NCBI GenBank assembly: GCA_002328485.1
Contig: DCUF01000082.1
Location: 14,533-78,532 of the forward strand
Direction of reading: 5' to 3'
DNA length: 64,000 bases
Source of the DNA: Deltaproteobacteria bacterium UBA2221
GTDB taxonomy: Bacteria > Desulfobacterota > Syntrophorhabdia > Syntrophorhabdales > WCHB1-27
This document shows positions 36,933-47,745 of the stretch, piece by piece. A model generated the notes under the pieces. That model was not told where the DNA came from. It did no database searches and saw only the letters and a list, made by a program, of their open reading frames with translations. The number at the start of each line of letters is the position of its first letter. Positions within the stretch are counted from its first letter, which is position 1. A program made the translations under genes and the position numbers.

Positions 36933-37843
36933 AATTCCTCCGTCATAATCCATTCCAGCAGGGCCTTCTGGCCATGCAGGCGGTTTTCAGCCTGGCTAAA
37001 AATAACGTCCTGAAACCGCTCGAATACCACGTCGGTAATCTCCTGATTCCTGTAAGCGGGAAGACAGTGCAAAACGATCGCATCCTTTTCTGCAAGGCCA
37101 AGCAGCGCATCGTCGATGCAGTAGGACGCGAAGGCCTTTTGCCGGTCTTCCTTTTCCTGCTCCATCCCCATGCTCACCCAGACGTCCGTGTTGATGACAT
37201 CAACCCCCTCCACTGCTTCCCGGGGGTCGTTTGTCAAAGCAAACTTCGGGTTAGATTTTGCTCGCTCCAGTAACGCTCTATCCGGCCGGTAGCCGTCGGG
37301 TGTCGCCACGGAGAGAGAGAAGCCGAGCAGTATCGAGGCCTCAATCCATGAGTTGGCCATATTATTCCCATCGCCGACATAGGCAATCTTCAGGCCGTCG
37401 ATTGGACCTTTGATCTCTTCGATAGTAAAGAGATCACACAGAACCTGACAAGGGTGGTACAGATCCGTGAGGCCATTGATGACGGGAACGGTGCTCCAAC
37501 GGGCAAGTTCATCTACGGTCTCCTGGGCAAAGGTTCGAATCATAATGGCATGCACATAACGGGAAAGAACCCGTGCGGTGTCGCACAGGGGTTCGCCCCT
37601 GCCCATCTGGCTCTCAGCCGCGTTAGTGACCAGTGCGTGTCCGCCCAATTCCGTTATGCCGATCTCGAACGAAGCCCTTGTCCTGGTTGAAGCCTTTTCG
37701 AATATCATGGCCAGTGTTTTTTCCGCGAGCGGCTTGTGAGGCGTGCCAATTTTTCTCGCCTGTTTTATAAAGGCAGCACGCTTCAGAAGATACCGGCATT
37801 CTTCCGCGGAAATATCGAGGAGTTTTGTAAAATCGCGCTTCAT
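36920..37843 (-). CDS. argF: Ornithine carbamoyltransferase
   Basis: [13 protein letters not shown] and HPCQVL are carbamoyltransferase motifs. Confidence 0.95.
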   Translation of the reverse strand: MKRDFTKLLDISAEECRYLLKRAAFIKQARKIGTPHKPLAEKTLAMIFEKASTRTRASFEIGITELGGHALVTNAAESQMGRGEPLCDTARVLSRYVHAIMIRTFAQETVDELARWSTVPVINGLTDLYHPCQVLCDLFTIEEIKGPIDGLKIAYVGDGNNMANSWIEASILLGFSLSVATPDGYRPDRALLERAKSNPKFALTNDPREAVEGVDVINTDVWVSMGMEQEKEDRQKAFASYCIDDALLGLAEKDAIVLHCLPAYRNQEITDVVFERFQDVIFSQAENRLHGQKALLEWIMTEELWKA

Positions 37844-39033
37844 GCCTTTTGCCTCTCGAAGATTCTCTCAGCGATCTCCAGAAATATATCAACTTCTTCT
37901 TTGCCGATGATAAGGGGAGGCAGGAGCCGGAAGACATTCCCCTTGGATGCTGCCACAATGACGCCTTCGCTCAAGAATTCTCTGACGATGCCGTCGGTGG
38001 GAATCGTCGTCTCAATGCCCAAGAGAAGACCTTTCCCCCGAACATCCGTTATGAACGGAAATCTCTTCCTCTTTTTTGTCAGCTCGTTGAGGAGATAAGT
38101 TCCGATTGTCTCACAATTCTTTAGTACACCTTCACTCAAAAGGGTATCAACGGTTGCGATTATCGCGGAGGCCGCAAGGGGGTTGCCGCCGAAGGTGGAG
38201 GCGTGGGTCCCAGGCTCGAAGGCTGCCATGACCTGGTCCTTTGCGATGATAGCACCCACGGGGAAGCCGTTTCCTAACGCCTTTGCCAGACTTATCACAT
38301 CCGGCTCAATGCCGTACTGCTCATAACCGAAGAATTTTCCCGTTCTCCCCATGCCGGTCTGTACCTCGTCGAGGATGAGAAGAATATCCTTTTCCCTGGT
38401 GATCTTTCTAAGCTTCTGAACGTATTGGGGATCGGCGACATAAACGCCGCCCTCCGATTGTATCAGCTCCAACATGATGGCACAGGTCTTTGGAGTGATG
38501 GCCCGCTCGATGGCTTCCAGATCGTTGAACGGTACGAAGGAAAATCCTTCAAGGAGCGGGGGGAAGCCGACCTTAAACTTCTCCTGTCCGGTAGCGGACA
38601 TAGTGGCCATGGTCCTTCCGTGGAAGGAGTTCTCCATAGCGATGATCTCGAATCTACCCTCTCCGTGGTTCTTCCAAGAATAGCGTCGCGCCAGCTTGAT
38701 GGCCGCTTCATTGGCCTCGGCCCCACTGTTACAGAAGAAGACCTTGTCTCCGAAGGAATTTTCCACAAGAAGCTCGGCCGCCCTGATCTGCGGCTCCATG
38801 TAGAAGAGGTTGGATATGTGGCCCAGACGCGCAGCCTGATAAGCAAGGGCTTCAACGACATTCTTGTTGGCGTGCCCGAGGTTGCACACGGCTATGCCCG
38901 AAAGAAAATCGAGGTAACGTCTTCCATGCATATCCCAGACCCAGCACCCTTCACCCCTTGTTACAACAATGGGGAAACGGACGTAGGTGTCCGCAATATA
39001 CTTCTTTGCCTTATTGATCCACTCTTCCTGCAT
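37840..39033 (-). CDS. argD: Acetylornithine aminotransferase
   Basis: This is a class-III PLP aminotransferase: FFCNSGAEANEAAIKLAR...LILDEVQTGMGRTGK. Confidence 0.9.
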   Translation of the reverse strand: MQEEWINKAKKYIADTYVRFPIVVTRGEGCWVWDMHGRRYLDFLSGIAVCNLGHANKNVVEALAYQAARLGHISNLFYMEPQIRAAELLVENSFGDKVFFCNSGAEANEAAIKLARRYSWKNHGEGRFEIIAMENSFHGRTMATMSATGQEKFKVGFPPLLEGFSFVPFNDLEAIERAITPKTCAIMLELIQSEGGVYVADPQYVQKLRKITREKDILLILDEVQTGMGRTGKFFGYEQYGIEPDVISLAKALGNGFPVGAIIAKDQVMAAFEPGTHASTFGGNPLAASAIIATVDTLLSEGVLKNCETIGTYLLNELTKKRKRFPFITDVRGKGLLLGIETTIPTDGIVREFLSEGVIVAASKGNVFRLLPPLIIGKEEVDIFLEIAERIFERQKA

Positions 39034-39884
39034 TATTCTTCTCCCGCTATCTGGGTGCCTATGCCAGTCCGCGTAAATACCTCAAGCAGCAGGGCATGGG
39101 GAACACGGCCATCGATGATATGGGTCTTCTTCACCCCCCCATGGAGGGCATCCATGCAGCATTTCACCTTTGGTATCATCCCTCCCCGGATGGTTTGATC
39201 ATTGAGAAGGTGCCTGACCTCATCCGTCTTCAAAACAGATATGGGTTTAGACGCCTCATCGAGTACCCCCGGCACGTCGGTCAAGAGAATCAGTTTCTCC
39301 GCCAGAAGGGCCTTTGCCACGGCCCCTGCCACCGTATCTGCGTTAATATTGTAGGTATTTCCGTCTATGCCGCAGCCCAAGGGCGCAATGACCGGCACAT
39401 ACCCTGTCTTCGATATCTCCTTCAGGATAAGAGCATTGACCCCAACCACCTGACCGACGAGGCCGATATCTTTCCCCTCGACCTGTTTCGCCATCACAAG
39501 CCTGCCGTCTTTACCGGATAGACCGATGGCCTGGCCGCCGTTGTCCTGTATATCTTTCACGATCCGTTTATTGATGAGGCCTGATAGCACCATCTCTACC
39601 ACCTCGAGGGTGGCTTCGTCCGTGACTCGCAAACCGTCTACGAATCGTGTGGGTATCTGAAGCTTGGTCAGGAGCCTTTCAATCTGGGGTCCTCCGCCGT
39701 GCACCACGACGGGGTTGATGCCCACATATTTCAGTAGGACGATGTCCTTGGCGAATTCGTGCTTGAGGGCCTCTTCTTCCATCGCCGCCCCGCCGTACTT
39801 GATTACGAATGTCGAGCCGGAAAACCTCTTGATGTACGGTAATGCCTCAAGGAGTATGTCAATCTTTTCCATCATGTTCGTCAT
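39033..39884 (-). CDS. argB: Acetylglutamate kinase
   Basis: [10 protein letters not shown]...[10 protein letters not shown] is present. Confidence 0.95.
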   Translation of the reverse strand: MTNMMEKIDILLEALPYIKRFSGSTFVIKYGGAAMEEEALKHEFAKDIVLLKYVGINPVVVHGGGPQIERLLTKLQIPTRFVDGLRVTDEATLEVVEMVLSGLINKRIVKDIQDNGGQAIGLSGKDGRLVMAKQVEGKDIGLVGQVVGVNALILKEISKTGYVPVIAPLGCGIDGNTYNINADTVAGAVAKALLAEKLILLTDVPGVLDEASKPISVLKTDEVRHLLNDQTIRGGMIPKVKCCMDALHGGVKKTHIIDGRVPHALLLEVFTRTGIGTQIAGEE

Positions 39885-41215
39885 AGAATAAACCTGCTTA
39901 GATCCTCTTTTTCCAGGAATTCCCCGAGCCTTTCGCGGACGTAAGTCTGGGTGATCGTGACCTGTTTTTCCAGCATCTCAGGGGCCGAAAAGGAGATGTC
40001 GTCCAGGAGCTTCTCCATCACCGTGTACAATCTCCTCGCCCCGATATTTTCCGTCATCTCGTTGATCCGCTGGGCGATACTCGCCAGTTCCAGGATCGCG
40101 TCATGGTCGAATTCGAGGTCGATCCCCTCTGTCCGGAGCAAGGCTTTGTACTGCTTCACCAAGGCATTTTCGGGTTCTGTAAGAATTCTAAAAAAATCAC
40201 CTTTGGTCAATGCCTCCAGCTCGACCCGGATCGGGAATCTCCCTTGCAGCTCCGGGATGAGATCGGAAGGCTTGGACATATGAAACGCCCCGGCCGCTAT
40301 AAAAAGGATATGATCGGTTCGTATCATACCATACTTGGTTGTTATGGTCGTGCCTTCAACAATGGGCAAGATATCCCTTTGGACACCTTCACGCGACACG
40401 TCTGGACCGTGGGTCTGATCCCGGCTCGCTATCTTGTCGATCTCGTCAAGGAAGATGATCCCGGCCTGTTCGACCCGATTAACGGCGTCGGAGACCACTT
40501 TGTCCATATCGATCAGTTTTTTCGACTCCTCTTGCACAAGATGATCATAGGCCTCTTTTACCTTGACGCGCCGCTTCTTTGTCTTTTTGGGCATCATATT
40601 GCCGAACATATCTCGAAGCTGCATGTCCATCTCCTCCATGCCCTGGGAAGAGAAGATCTCAATGATGGGAAGGCTTCGCTCGGGCACCTCTATCTCCACA
40701 ACCTTATCATCCAGTTTGCCGTCCTTGAAGAGCCCCCGAAGCTTTTCTCTTGTCCCGTCCATGGCGTCATTCGGTCCGGATTCGCCTGAAGAAACCCTTT
40801 TCTGAGGAAGGAGAATATCCAATATCCTTTCTTCGGCCTGGTCTTTGGCCTTCTGCTCTACCCGTTCCTGCTCTTCTTTTTTTACCATATTGATGGAAAG
40901 CTCGGTCAGGTCTCGGATCATGGATTCAACGTCGCGGCCCACGTATCCCACTTCGGTGAACCGAGTGGCTTCTATCTTGAGGAAGGGGGCGCTGGCCAGC
41001 TTCGCAAGCCTCCGCGCAATCTCGGTCTTCCCGACGCCGGTTGGCCCGATCATGATGATGTTTTTCGGAGCGATCTCATCTCGGAGATCCTCGGGCACCA
41101 TCTGTCTTCTCCAGCGATTACGGAGCGCTATGGCCACGGCCCTTTTGGCCTTACTTTGCCCGACGATGTAACGGTCGAGCTCTTCCATAATCGCCTTGGG
41201 GATCATCGTTTTCAT
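39881..41215 (-). CDS. hslU: ATP-dependent protease ATPase subunit HslU
   Basis: [21 protein letters not shown]...[17 protein letters not shown] is present. Confidence 0.95.
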   Translation of the reverse strand: MKTMIPKAIMEELDRYIVGQSKAKRAVAIALRNRWRRQMVPEDLRDEIAPKNIIMIGPTGVGKTEIARRLAKLASAPFLKIEATRFTEVGYVGRDVESMIRDLTELSINMVKKEEQERVEQKAKDQAEERILDILLPQKRVSSGESGPNDAMDGTREKLRGLFKDGKLDDKVVEIEVPERSLPIIEIFSSQGMEEMDMQLRDMFGNMMPKKTKKRRVKVKEAYDHLVQEESKKLIDMDKVVSDAVNRVEQAGIIFLDEIDKIASRDQTHGPDVSREGVQRDILPIVEGTTITTKYGMIRTDHILFIAAGAFHMSKPSDLIPELQGRFPIRVELEALTKGDFFRILTEPENALVKQYKALLRTEGIDLEFDHDAILELASIAQRINEMTENIGARRLYTVMEKLLDDISFSAPEMLEKQVTITQTYVRERLGEFLEKEDLSRFIL

Positions 41216-41739
41216 GATAACTCCTCAACGACGATCTGATCATTGGTGTAGATACAGATCTGCGATGCGATGGCCATGGCCTCTCTAACGATCTCCGCTG
41301 CCGAAAGGTCACTATGTTTGACGAGAGCCTTTGCGGCCGCCTGGGCGTATGGTCCTCCTGACCCGATGGCTGCTATCCCATCATCGGGTTCTATGACATC
41401 CCCTGTGCCGGAAAGAATGAAGGTATGATCTTCGTCGGCAACAATGAGGAGGGCCTCCAGCCTTCGAAGCAGGCGGTCTGTGCGCCAGTCTTTCGCCAAC
41501 TCTACGGACGCCCTGGTGATATTTCCATTGTACTGCTCAAGCTTCTTCTCGAATCGCTCGATAAGTGTGAATGCGTCCGCCGTAGCACCGGCGAAACCGG
41601 CCAGACACCTGTCCTGGTACAGTCTTCGGACCTTTTTCGCCCCATGTTTCATCACGGTATTTTGTAGGGTCACCTGTCCGTCGCCGGCGACAGCAACCTT
41701 GCCTTTATGTCTTACACATACAATCGTTGTACTTTTCAT
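41212..41739 (-). CDS. hslV: ATP-dependent protease subunit HslV
   Basis: [24 protein letters not shown] contains the Thr2 nucleophile context. Confidence 0.95.
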   Translation of the reverse strand: MKSTTIVCVRHKGKVAVAGDGQVTLQNTVMKHGAKKVRRLYQDRCLAGFAGATADAFTLIERFEKKLEQYNGNITRASVELAKDWRTDRLLRRLEALLIVADEDHTFILSGTGDVIEPDDGIAAIGSGGPYAQAAAKALVKHSDLSAAEIVREAMAIASQICIYTNDQIVVEELS

Positions 41740-41741
41740 GT

Positions 41742-42626
41742 TTATCTTCTCGGATGAGCTTTGTCGTATATTTCCATAATCTTATCAATGGAAATATGAG
41801 TGTAGCGCTGGGTCGTGGAAAGCTTGGAATGGCCGAGCAACTCTTGAATGCTTCTCAAATCGGCGCCACCGTTCAACATATGCGTTGCGAAGGAATGCCG
41901 TATACCGTGGAGGGCGAGATTTTTCAGAAGGCCCGCCTGTATCTGATGTTTCTTCATGATCTTCAGCAGTCCTCGATAGGACAGGCGATCCCCCTGGGCG
42001 TTGATGAAAAGTGCCCGTCTCCCGCCTTGCCCCGCCTCTCCTGCGAGTGACAGGTATTTGAGTATCGCGTCCCTTGCCTTGGCCCCAAAGGGCAGCACCC
42101 GCTCCTTCCCTCCCTTTCCTCTTACAAGAACCCACAACCCTTCCAGATGGATATCCTCCAGGTTTAACCCGAGCGCTTCGCTGGCCCTCATCCCTGTGGA
42201 GTAGATGAGCTCAAAGATTGCGAGATTCCTCAGATCGAGCCAATTTGCTGCAGGCAGCGAATCCAGAAAATGAAACATCTCGTCAACACTATAGAATTTT
42301 GGGAGATGCTTTTCTATCTTGGGGTTTTTAATGATCAGCGCTGGGTTCTCCGATAGATAACCCTTCCTTTTGAGGAAGCGGAAGAACGCCTTGATGGATG
42401 AGACCTTTCTTGAGAGGGAGGACTTTTTGACCTGCCTGTATATGCTCTGTATGTACGCTCGAATGGTCTTGTGGTCTACCTTATCCTCCGGGCGGGTCAT
42501 GACAAACTTCAGAAAATGGTCAAGGTCGCCTTCGTAGGCCCTCTGCGTATTTGTGGCAACCCCCTTCTCGTTTTTGAGGTAGCGATAAAACTCCTTTGAG
42601 AGTTCGCGCAGTCTGTCCTTTTGCAT
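41742..42626 (-). CDS. xerC: Tyrosine recombinase XerC/XerD
   Basis: The phage-integrase-fold catalytic residues appear in ...MRASEAL...[12 protein letters not shown]...[14 protein letters not shown]. The xerC-hslVU synteny is conserved. Confidence 0.8.
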   Translation of the reverse strand: MQKDRLRELSKEFYRYLKNEKGVATNTQRAYEGDLDHFLKFVMTRPEDKVDHKTIRAYIQSIYRQVKKSSLSRKVSSIKAFFRFLKRKGYLSENPALIIKNPKIEKHLPKFYSVDEMFHFLDSLPAANWLDLRNLAIFELIYSTGMRASEALGLNLEDIHLEGLWVLVRGKGGKERVLPFGAKARDAILKYLSLAGEAGQGGRRALFINAQGDRLSYRGLLKIMKKHQIQAGLLKNLALHGIRHSFATHMLNGGADLRSIQELLGHSKLSTTQRYTHISIDKIMEIYDKAHPRR

Positions 42627-42776
42627 AAGACTACTATTTTAGTATTTTTTTCCGATAAATCAAGAGATTACCTCAATAAGCAGCGCAGGGCCAGGGCCGC
42701 GTCATGTATGCAGACGTACGGTTGGCCAATGCCTGCATAGGGCCGGAATCCCTCTGCCCACTTTGTCCCGCTGGTT

Positions 42777-42805
42777 TTGACTTTCCGCCGAGACTGTGCT
42801 AAAAA
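42777..42805 (+). promoter_or_regulatory. Candidate promoter of tRNA-His (extended -10)
   Basis: TTGACT (42777-42782), a 17-nt spacer ending in TGc, then TAAAAA (42800-42805). The tRNA starts at 42818. Confidence 0.45.
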
Positions 42806-42817
42806 AGGGAGATCAAC

Positions 42818-42894
42818 GGTGGGTGTAGCTCAACGGTTAGAGCACCGGGCTGTGGACCCGGGGGTTGAGGGTTCGAATCCCTTCACTCACCCCA
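42818..42894 (+). tRNA. tRNA-His (GUG) with G-1 and encoded CCA
   Basis: The cloverleaf was folded by hand. The acceptor is GTGGGTG/CACTCAC with an extra 5' G opposite C73. The D stem is GCTC/GAGC. The anticodon stem is CCGGG/CCCGG with loop CTGTGGA. The T arm is GAGGG-TTCGAAT-CCCTT. Confidence 0.9.
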
Positions 42895-43010
42895 TTTCGT
42901 GTACGCCCCGCCAACAACGAAGATCTCCAAGGCAGCAGAAAACAACCGAGCGAGTATGGGAGGATCGTGTGCCGCCAGGCAGTCAAACAGTCGTAACCCC
43001 TCGCCCTTTG

Positions 43011-43886
43011 TCAGTTGTTGACGATTACGAGGGAGCCGACCGGGACGTGGTGGAGGGCCGAGTACGGATAACACTTTGCCTGAAAAAGATATGATGTCTT
43101 TCCGACGATAGTCGGCTCCTCGGTCATGGTGTCATAGTTGCCGCCCCCTTTGAGGATAAGGATGTCGGCCTGCTCAATGAGCGATAAAATACGTGGCGAT
43201 ACGGCACGAAGCATCGTTCCCGCGAGGGGCTTCTCGATGCCGTTTGGGATCACCTCTGCCGCCGAATCGAGGCCGACGAACCGGGCGTCTTCGAGGCTCG
43301 CATCATTCATGGCCGGGTGCGTTCGCACAATGGCCGTCACCGAGGAGCCCAAAACCTCTTTCATGACCTCTATGAGGATTCTGTCAAAGACAATCTCGCC
43401 GCAATTATCGGTAAAATAAAGGATTCGGTCGGCTCCCTTTACTCGGGAGCGGAGGATTCCGACCTGTTCGGCATCCACGGACTGTCCTGAAAACTCAGCG
43501 AGCATGCCAGCAGCGCCTTTTTCGAGCCCATCCACGAGGGCGTCTATGGCGTTACCTATGATGGCGAATCTGACGGCTTCCGAGAAGGGATCGGATGAGG
43601 CGAGAACGGATTCCTTGATCTGAGGGTAGAGTTGAAGAATAGCCTGATTCTGGTCAGTCTTGGCCGCCCGCAGGGGGTTCCTGTCGCCGGCCGCATCAGT
43701 GATGAGCGACCAGATATCAAGTATGATCTCCGGAGAGGTCAGATTCGTAGCGGGCATGGTGAGGCTTTCAAGCCGCAAGACATCCTTCATGAGACGCATA
43801 ACCATGTCGTCGTCCTTTAAGGCTTCACGGGCTACTTGTAGACCCATCTTGACGGTGCACGCAATGCAGTCGGGCCAAATAAGCAT
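43011..43886 (-). CDS. DUF89 (ARMT1-like damage-control phosphatase) family protein
   Basis: MLIWPDCIACTVKM...GDRNP...YFTDNCGEIVFD...LKGGGNYD is present. Confidence 0.7.
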   Translation of the reverse strand: MLIWPDCIACTVKMGLQVAREALKDDDMVMRLMKDVLRLESLTMPATNLTSPEIILDIWSLITDAAGDRNPLRAAKTDQNQAILQLYPQIKESVLASSDPFSEAVRFAIIGNAIDALVDGLEKGAAGMLAEFSGQSVDAEQVGILRSRVKGADRILYFTDNCGEIVFDRILIEVMKEVLGSSVTAIVRTHPAMNDASLEDARFVGLDSAAEVIPNGIEKPLAGTMLRAVSPRILSLIEQADILILKGGGNYDTMTEEPTIVGKTSYLFQAKCYPYSALHHVPVGSLVIVNN

Positions 43887-44040
43887 ATACTTACCCCCTG
43901 ATTGCGGAACAGTTTACCAGCTTGGGTGGTCCCTTGGAAGCGGTTTAAGAAACCACGGCAAGAATCTTCATTTGGCGTCTGCGATGTTCTTTTTTGCTGT
44001 ATTTGTTGATTGGTTGGATGGTGCGAGGAAGTTCAAGGGA

Positions 44041-44073
44041 GGCAAGGGGACATAGCGGGGCTGTCCCCTTGCC
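44041..44073 (-). terminator. Strong stem-loop downstream of the thiolase/DUF35 operon (no U-tract)
   Basis: GGCAAGGGGACA-tagcggggc-TGTCCCCTTGCC is a perfect 12-bp stem lying 12 nt past the DUF35 stop. Confidence 0.45.
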
Positions 44074-44084
44074 TTGCGATCATC

Positions 44085-44492
44085 TTATGCCTTTGCCATC
44101 TCGAAGGACACCTGGCCATCCTCGTAGGTGATGGTTCTAACGGTAACGTCCATGCCTACCTGAACCTCCTCAGGTTTGGCTGCGATCCGTGCGAATAACT
44201 TGGTGCCGTCGCCAAAATCGACAACGCCCATGGTGTAGGGGCAGTCTTTCTCGAAACCGAACGGCGCATAATAGGCCGTGGTAAAGGTCTCGACCTTACC
44301 CTTCTTGGGCACCTCAAACCAGTCCATTTCCTTGGAAAGACAGGCGGCACAGTCGGCGCGAGGCGGAAAATACTTGGCCCCGCACTGTTTACACACAGTG
44401 CCCTCGACCTTACCCTCCTGAAGGAGGTCAACGAACTTCGCGGTCTTTGTCATGCCGGTAAAGCTTTTTCTTCCGAATTTTTCGAAACCCAT
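44085..44492 (-). CDS. DUF35 OB-fold/Zn-ribbon protein (thiolase partner)
   Basis: CKQCGAKYFPPRADCAACLS is a rubredoxin-like Zn ribbon, followed by an OB fold. Confidence 0.8.
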   Translation of the reverse strand: MGFEKFGRKSFTGMTKTAKFVDLLQEGKVEGTVCKQCGAKYFPPRADCAACLSKEMDWFEVPKKGKVETFTTAYYAPFGFEKDCPYTMGVVDFGDGTKLFARIAAKPEEVQVGMDVTVRTITYEDGQVSFEMAKA

Positions 44493-44495
44493 TTG

Positions 44496-45677
44496 TCACC
44501 TCCCGAATATTGTAACGTTTCCGTAGAGTCCTACGCCGCCAACGTTGTGTACAAGGCCGATGTCAGGGTCGCCTGGAACCTGCATAGGACCCGCCTCACC
44601 GCGAAGCTGAAGGACGATGGTGCGAATCTGTGATCCTCCCGTGGCTCCAATGGGATGGCCTTTTGAGAGGAGGCCGCCGTCAACGTTGACCGGTATCCTG
44701 CCTTCTTTATAGGTGGCTTTTTCCCTAATGAGCTGTTTACCCTCGCCCATCGGTGCGAAACCGAGTCCTTCGTAAGCCATGAGCTCGGCGATGGTGAAGC
44801 AGTCGTGAACCTCGGCCACTTTCACATCCTTCGCCGTGATTCCAGCCATCTTGTAGGCCTGATCCGCTGCCTTGTAACCGACGCTCAACCCCTTGGAGAA
44901 ATCGGGTCGTGCTGCCATATTGACCGCTTCAGAAGCAGCGCCGATTCCCATGATCCAGATAGGTTTCTTGGAGAAGGCCTTGGCCTTTTCTTTGTTGGCG
45001 AGAATGATACAAGAGGCGCCATCTGCGTTTGCGCAGGCATCGCCCACTCGTATCGGCCATGCAACGGCCCCGGCCATCTTCGCATCCGGGTTCTTCGGAT
45101 CGAAATCTTCTGCCTTAACGCCCTTGCGATAGACTGCCCTCTCGTTGACGGTTCCGTAGCTGGCAGATTTTAGCCTGACGTCTCTCATGTCGTCATGGGT
45201 TAGGCCGTTCTTGGCCATATAGGCCTGGGCATACATGGCATAGTAGGCCGGCATCATGGTGCCGAAGGGGGCTTCCCACTGAATGTCTGCGCCGCGGCCC
45301 ATTCTCTCCTGGGATTCCGCAGAGGTGATCTCAGACATCTTCTGGAAACCGAGAACGACCACCATGTCGTGCAGACCAGCCTTGATCATGCTGTAAGCCA
45401 CCTTCACACCCGAGCTGCTTGAAGAACAGACGGTCTCAATATAGAAGGTCGGCTGAGGAATAAGGCCCAAATACTCGGCAAGAACACCCGCGGGTGACCG
45501 CTGCTTGTCATACTCTGGGGCCGAACAGAAGACGGAGGCGTCGATATCCTTCGACGTGATACCTGCATCCTGAACGGCTTCCCTGAAGGCCTCGAAAGCC
45601 AACTCACGGATGGACCCTTCGTAGCCTCGGACAAAATAGGTCTGGCCAACGCCAATTACCGCTACATCTTTTTCCAT
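44496..45677 (-). CDS. Thiolase-family protein (SCP-x/non-specific lipid-transfer-type)
   Basis: VCSSSSSG (Cys nucleophile region)...HDCFTIAE...GHPIGATGGSQ...NVGG is present. Confidence 0.85.
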   Translation of the reverse strand: MEKDVAVIGVGQTYFVRGYEGSIRELAFEAFREAVQDAGITSKDIDASVFCSAPEYDKQRSPAGVLAEYLGLIPQPTFYIETVCSSSSSGVKVAYSMIKAGLHDMVVVLGFQKMSEITSAESQERMGRGADIQWEAPFGTMMPAYYAMYAQAYMAKNGLTHDDMRDVRLKSASYGTVNERAVYRKGVKAEDFDPKNPDAKMAGAVAWPIRVGDACANADGASCIILANKEKAKAFSKKPIWIMGIGAASEAVNMAARPDFSKGLSVGYKAADQAYKMAGITAKDVKVAEVHDCFTIAELMAYEGLGFAPMGEGKQLIREKATYKEGRIPVNVDGGLLSKGHPIGATGGSQIRTIVLQLRGEAGPMQVPGDPDIGLVHNVGGVGLYGNVTIFGR

Positions 45678-45693
45678 AGAGTTCCTCCTTGGT

Positions 45694-46704
45694 TCATTGT
45701 GGTTTCCTGCTTTTGTTTTTTTGATATATCGTCACATAATGGTTATGTTCGTTAATTGTTCTGGAAAACACGTGGCTTCCGTCGTTGCGTGACACAAAAT
45801 AGACTGCGTCGCTTTTCGCGGGATACAGGGCTGCGAGCAGAGAACTTTTCCCGGGACTGCAAATCGGGCCTTTTGGCAGGCCTTTGAACACATAAGTGTT
45901 GTACGGGGTAAGGGTAGTCAGATCGACTCTGGTGAGCCTTCTCCCAAAGGCCCTCCTGCCGTAGATGACGGTGGGGTCAGCGTCCAGACTCATATCGATC
46001 CGAAGCCTGTTGTGAAATACGGCTGAAATCAATGGCTTTTCCTCTTCCAGCTTAGCCTCTTTTTCGATAATAGAGGCAAGGCAGATAATCTGATCCCGGG
46101 TGAGACCCAGCTCCTTCATCCGTTCCTTGATCTCTTCTTTTTCGAAAAACCTCGCGGTGCGCTGCACGATGGGCTCTATAAAACCTTCGATATCCGTCTC
46201 CTTGCTGTAGAAGTAGGTATCGGGAGCCAGGTAACCCTCCAGCGAGTCGCCAGCAATGCCCATCTTTCGGAGGCGATCCTGATTCTGCGAGAGGGAGAGA
46301 AAGGCGGAACGACCCATAAACCCATTCTTCTCCATGCTTTCTGCCACGTCGAACAGATTCTGACCTTCGACGATCTTTAACGTATAAATATTCCTTTGCC
46401 CAAGGGCCATTTTCCTCGCCATCTGGATGATGGACATGTCGCTGCTTAGTTCATACTCGCCCGCGATGATTCTCCCTCTGTAAAACAAGAGCGAAGAGAG
46501 CCGGAAAAGGGCGGCGGAGGTGATAAGTCCGTCTTTTTCCAGGCCTTTGGATACACTCCAGGCTGGTGTACCTTTTTTCACAACGAACGGCCCTTTGCCT
46601 GAACCTCCTCCCTTAGGAATGCTGGAAAAGATGGCGACCTGCAAGAGAATGATCAGAATACCGGCGCAACAGGCGATGGCCCATTTACGTCCCTGCCTGA
46701 GCAT
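45694..46704 (-). CDS. mltG: Endolytic murein transglycosylase MltG (YceG family)
   Basis: An N-terminal TM is followed by LASIIEKEA...VIYG...PYNTYVFKGLPKGPICSPG. Confidence 0.85.
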   Translation of the reverse strand: MLRQGRKWAIACCAGILIILLQVAIFSSIPKGGGSGKGPFVVKKGTPAWSVSKGLEKDGLITSAALFRLSSLLFYRGRIIAGEYELSSDMSIIQMARKMALGQRNIYTLKIVEGQNLFDVAESMEKNGFMGRSAFLSLSQNQDRLRKMGIAGDSLEGYLAPDTYFYSKETDIEGFIEPIVQRTARFFEKEEIKERMKELGLTRDQIICLASIIEKEAKLEEEKPLISAVFHNRLRIDMSLDADPTVIYGRRAFGRRLTRVDLTTLTPYNTYVFKGLPKGPICSPGKSSLLAALYPAKSDAVYFVSRNDGSHVFSRTINEHNHYVTIYQKNKSRKPQ

Positions 46705-47101
46705 CCAGATACCCTTGAAGAATGAGCTGGGCAGCCATCATGTCTATAAAAGGCTTACGTTTCTTTCGCTTTACTGCGGCCATATCAAAAATCCGATGGG
46801 CTTCATTGCTCGAGAATCTCTCATCCCATAGATCCACTGGCAGACCGGTAGACGTCCCAATTTTCTCTGCAAAACGCTCTACATCCTGGCCTCTGGTCCC
46901 AAGAGAACCATCCAGGTTTTTGGGCAAGCCTAAGACTATTGTTGATACCCCGTGTTCCTTGACAAGGGCCTTGATCTTTTCTATATCAGCCTTTGGCGAC
47001 TGTCTCTCATAGAGCGTTAGAGCCTGAGCTATCTTCCGGTTTGGATCAGAGATGGCAAATCCTATCCTCTTGTCGCCGACGTCAAGGCAAAGAACACGCA
47101 C
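46685..47101 (-). CDS. ruvX: Putative pre-16S rRNA nuclease / Holliday-junction-resolvase-like YqgF
   Basis: RVLCLDVGDKRIGFAISD...DERFSSNEA is present. GTG start. Confidence 0.85.
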   Translation of the reverse strand: MRVLCLDVGDKRIGFAISDPNRKIAQALTLYERQSPKADIEKIKALVKEHGVSTIVLGLPKNLDGSLGTRGQDVERFAEKIGTSTGLPVDLWDERFSSNEAHRIFDMAAVKRKKRKPFIDMMAAQLILQGYLDAQAGT

Positions 47102-47661
47102 GCATCAGATTAACATAGGGGGAGGAGGCGTTCAACAACAATGTTTTCAGGCTAGTATATGACTAGCAAACGGGGGAGCATGAGTGGCGGATCGTGTTCT
47201 GATACGGACTCAGATTAGGACAGCGAGTGTCGATTGTGAAAAAATTCCTGATCTTTTGAGGTGCTCACGGCCGGAAGCCAACCTTATATTTGTACGGAGC
47301 CCCCGCCCCTAATATTATTATAGATGGACCCCATCTTTTTTCGGGCATCCCGAGATCGGAGGAGAGTATCTTCACTCGCTCAGGGGCAGGTCGGCTATGT
47401 CTGTGGAAATATGGATGACAAAGAAGGACCCCCTCGCAGCGCTGCTCAGGCGCCATGGATACGTGACGGGGACCGACCCCGTTTTAATCAATGGTCAATG
47501 AGGCCAGTTCCCATGATAACAGAGGGGCCTGGGATACCCTTACGGGTTGCCTAAGGGTGCTGGATATTTCCGGTTTGGCCATCTTGATTTCGCCTGTCGA
47601 CGGTCGATAAATTTAGGCGGCCCGTGGCCCGTTAACCCCAACAAATACGGCTATTTTTGTC

Positions 47662-47690
47662 TTGACATATTTTATGCCCATGGCTACAAT
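47662..47690 (+). promoter_or_regulatory. Near-consensus sigma70 promoter for the SDR-had-bamA operon
   Basis: TTGACA (47662-47667), a 17-nt spacer, then TACAAT (47685-47690). It lies 56 nt upstream of ATG 47746. Confidence 0.55.
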
Positions 47691-47745
47691 ACCCTATCCC
47701 TATGTATCTGTGTAACAATTTTCACAATTAAAGGAGAGGCGTCCC

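Noticed and set aside
41742-42894. Tyrosine recombinase next to tRNA-His as a possible integrative-element boundary
   Set aside because: The recombinase is the first gene of the conserved xerC-hslV-hslU arrangement and is transcribed away from the tRNA. I saw no direct repeat of the tRNA 3' end elsewhere in the window and no cargo-like genes.
47265-47554. Small ORFs (63 aa on the minus strand, 76 aa on the plus strand) in the 644-bp intergenic region
   Set aside because: They are Arg/Pro-rich with no SD and no motif, so they were treated as non-coding.
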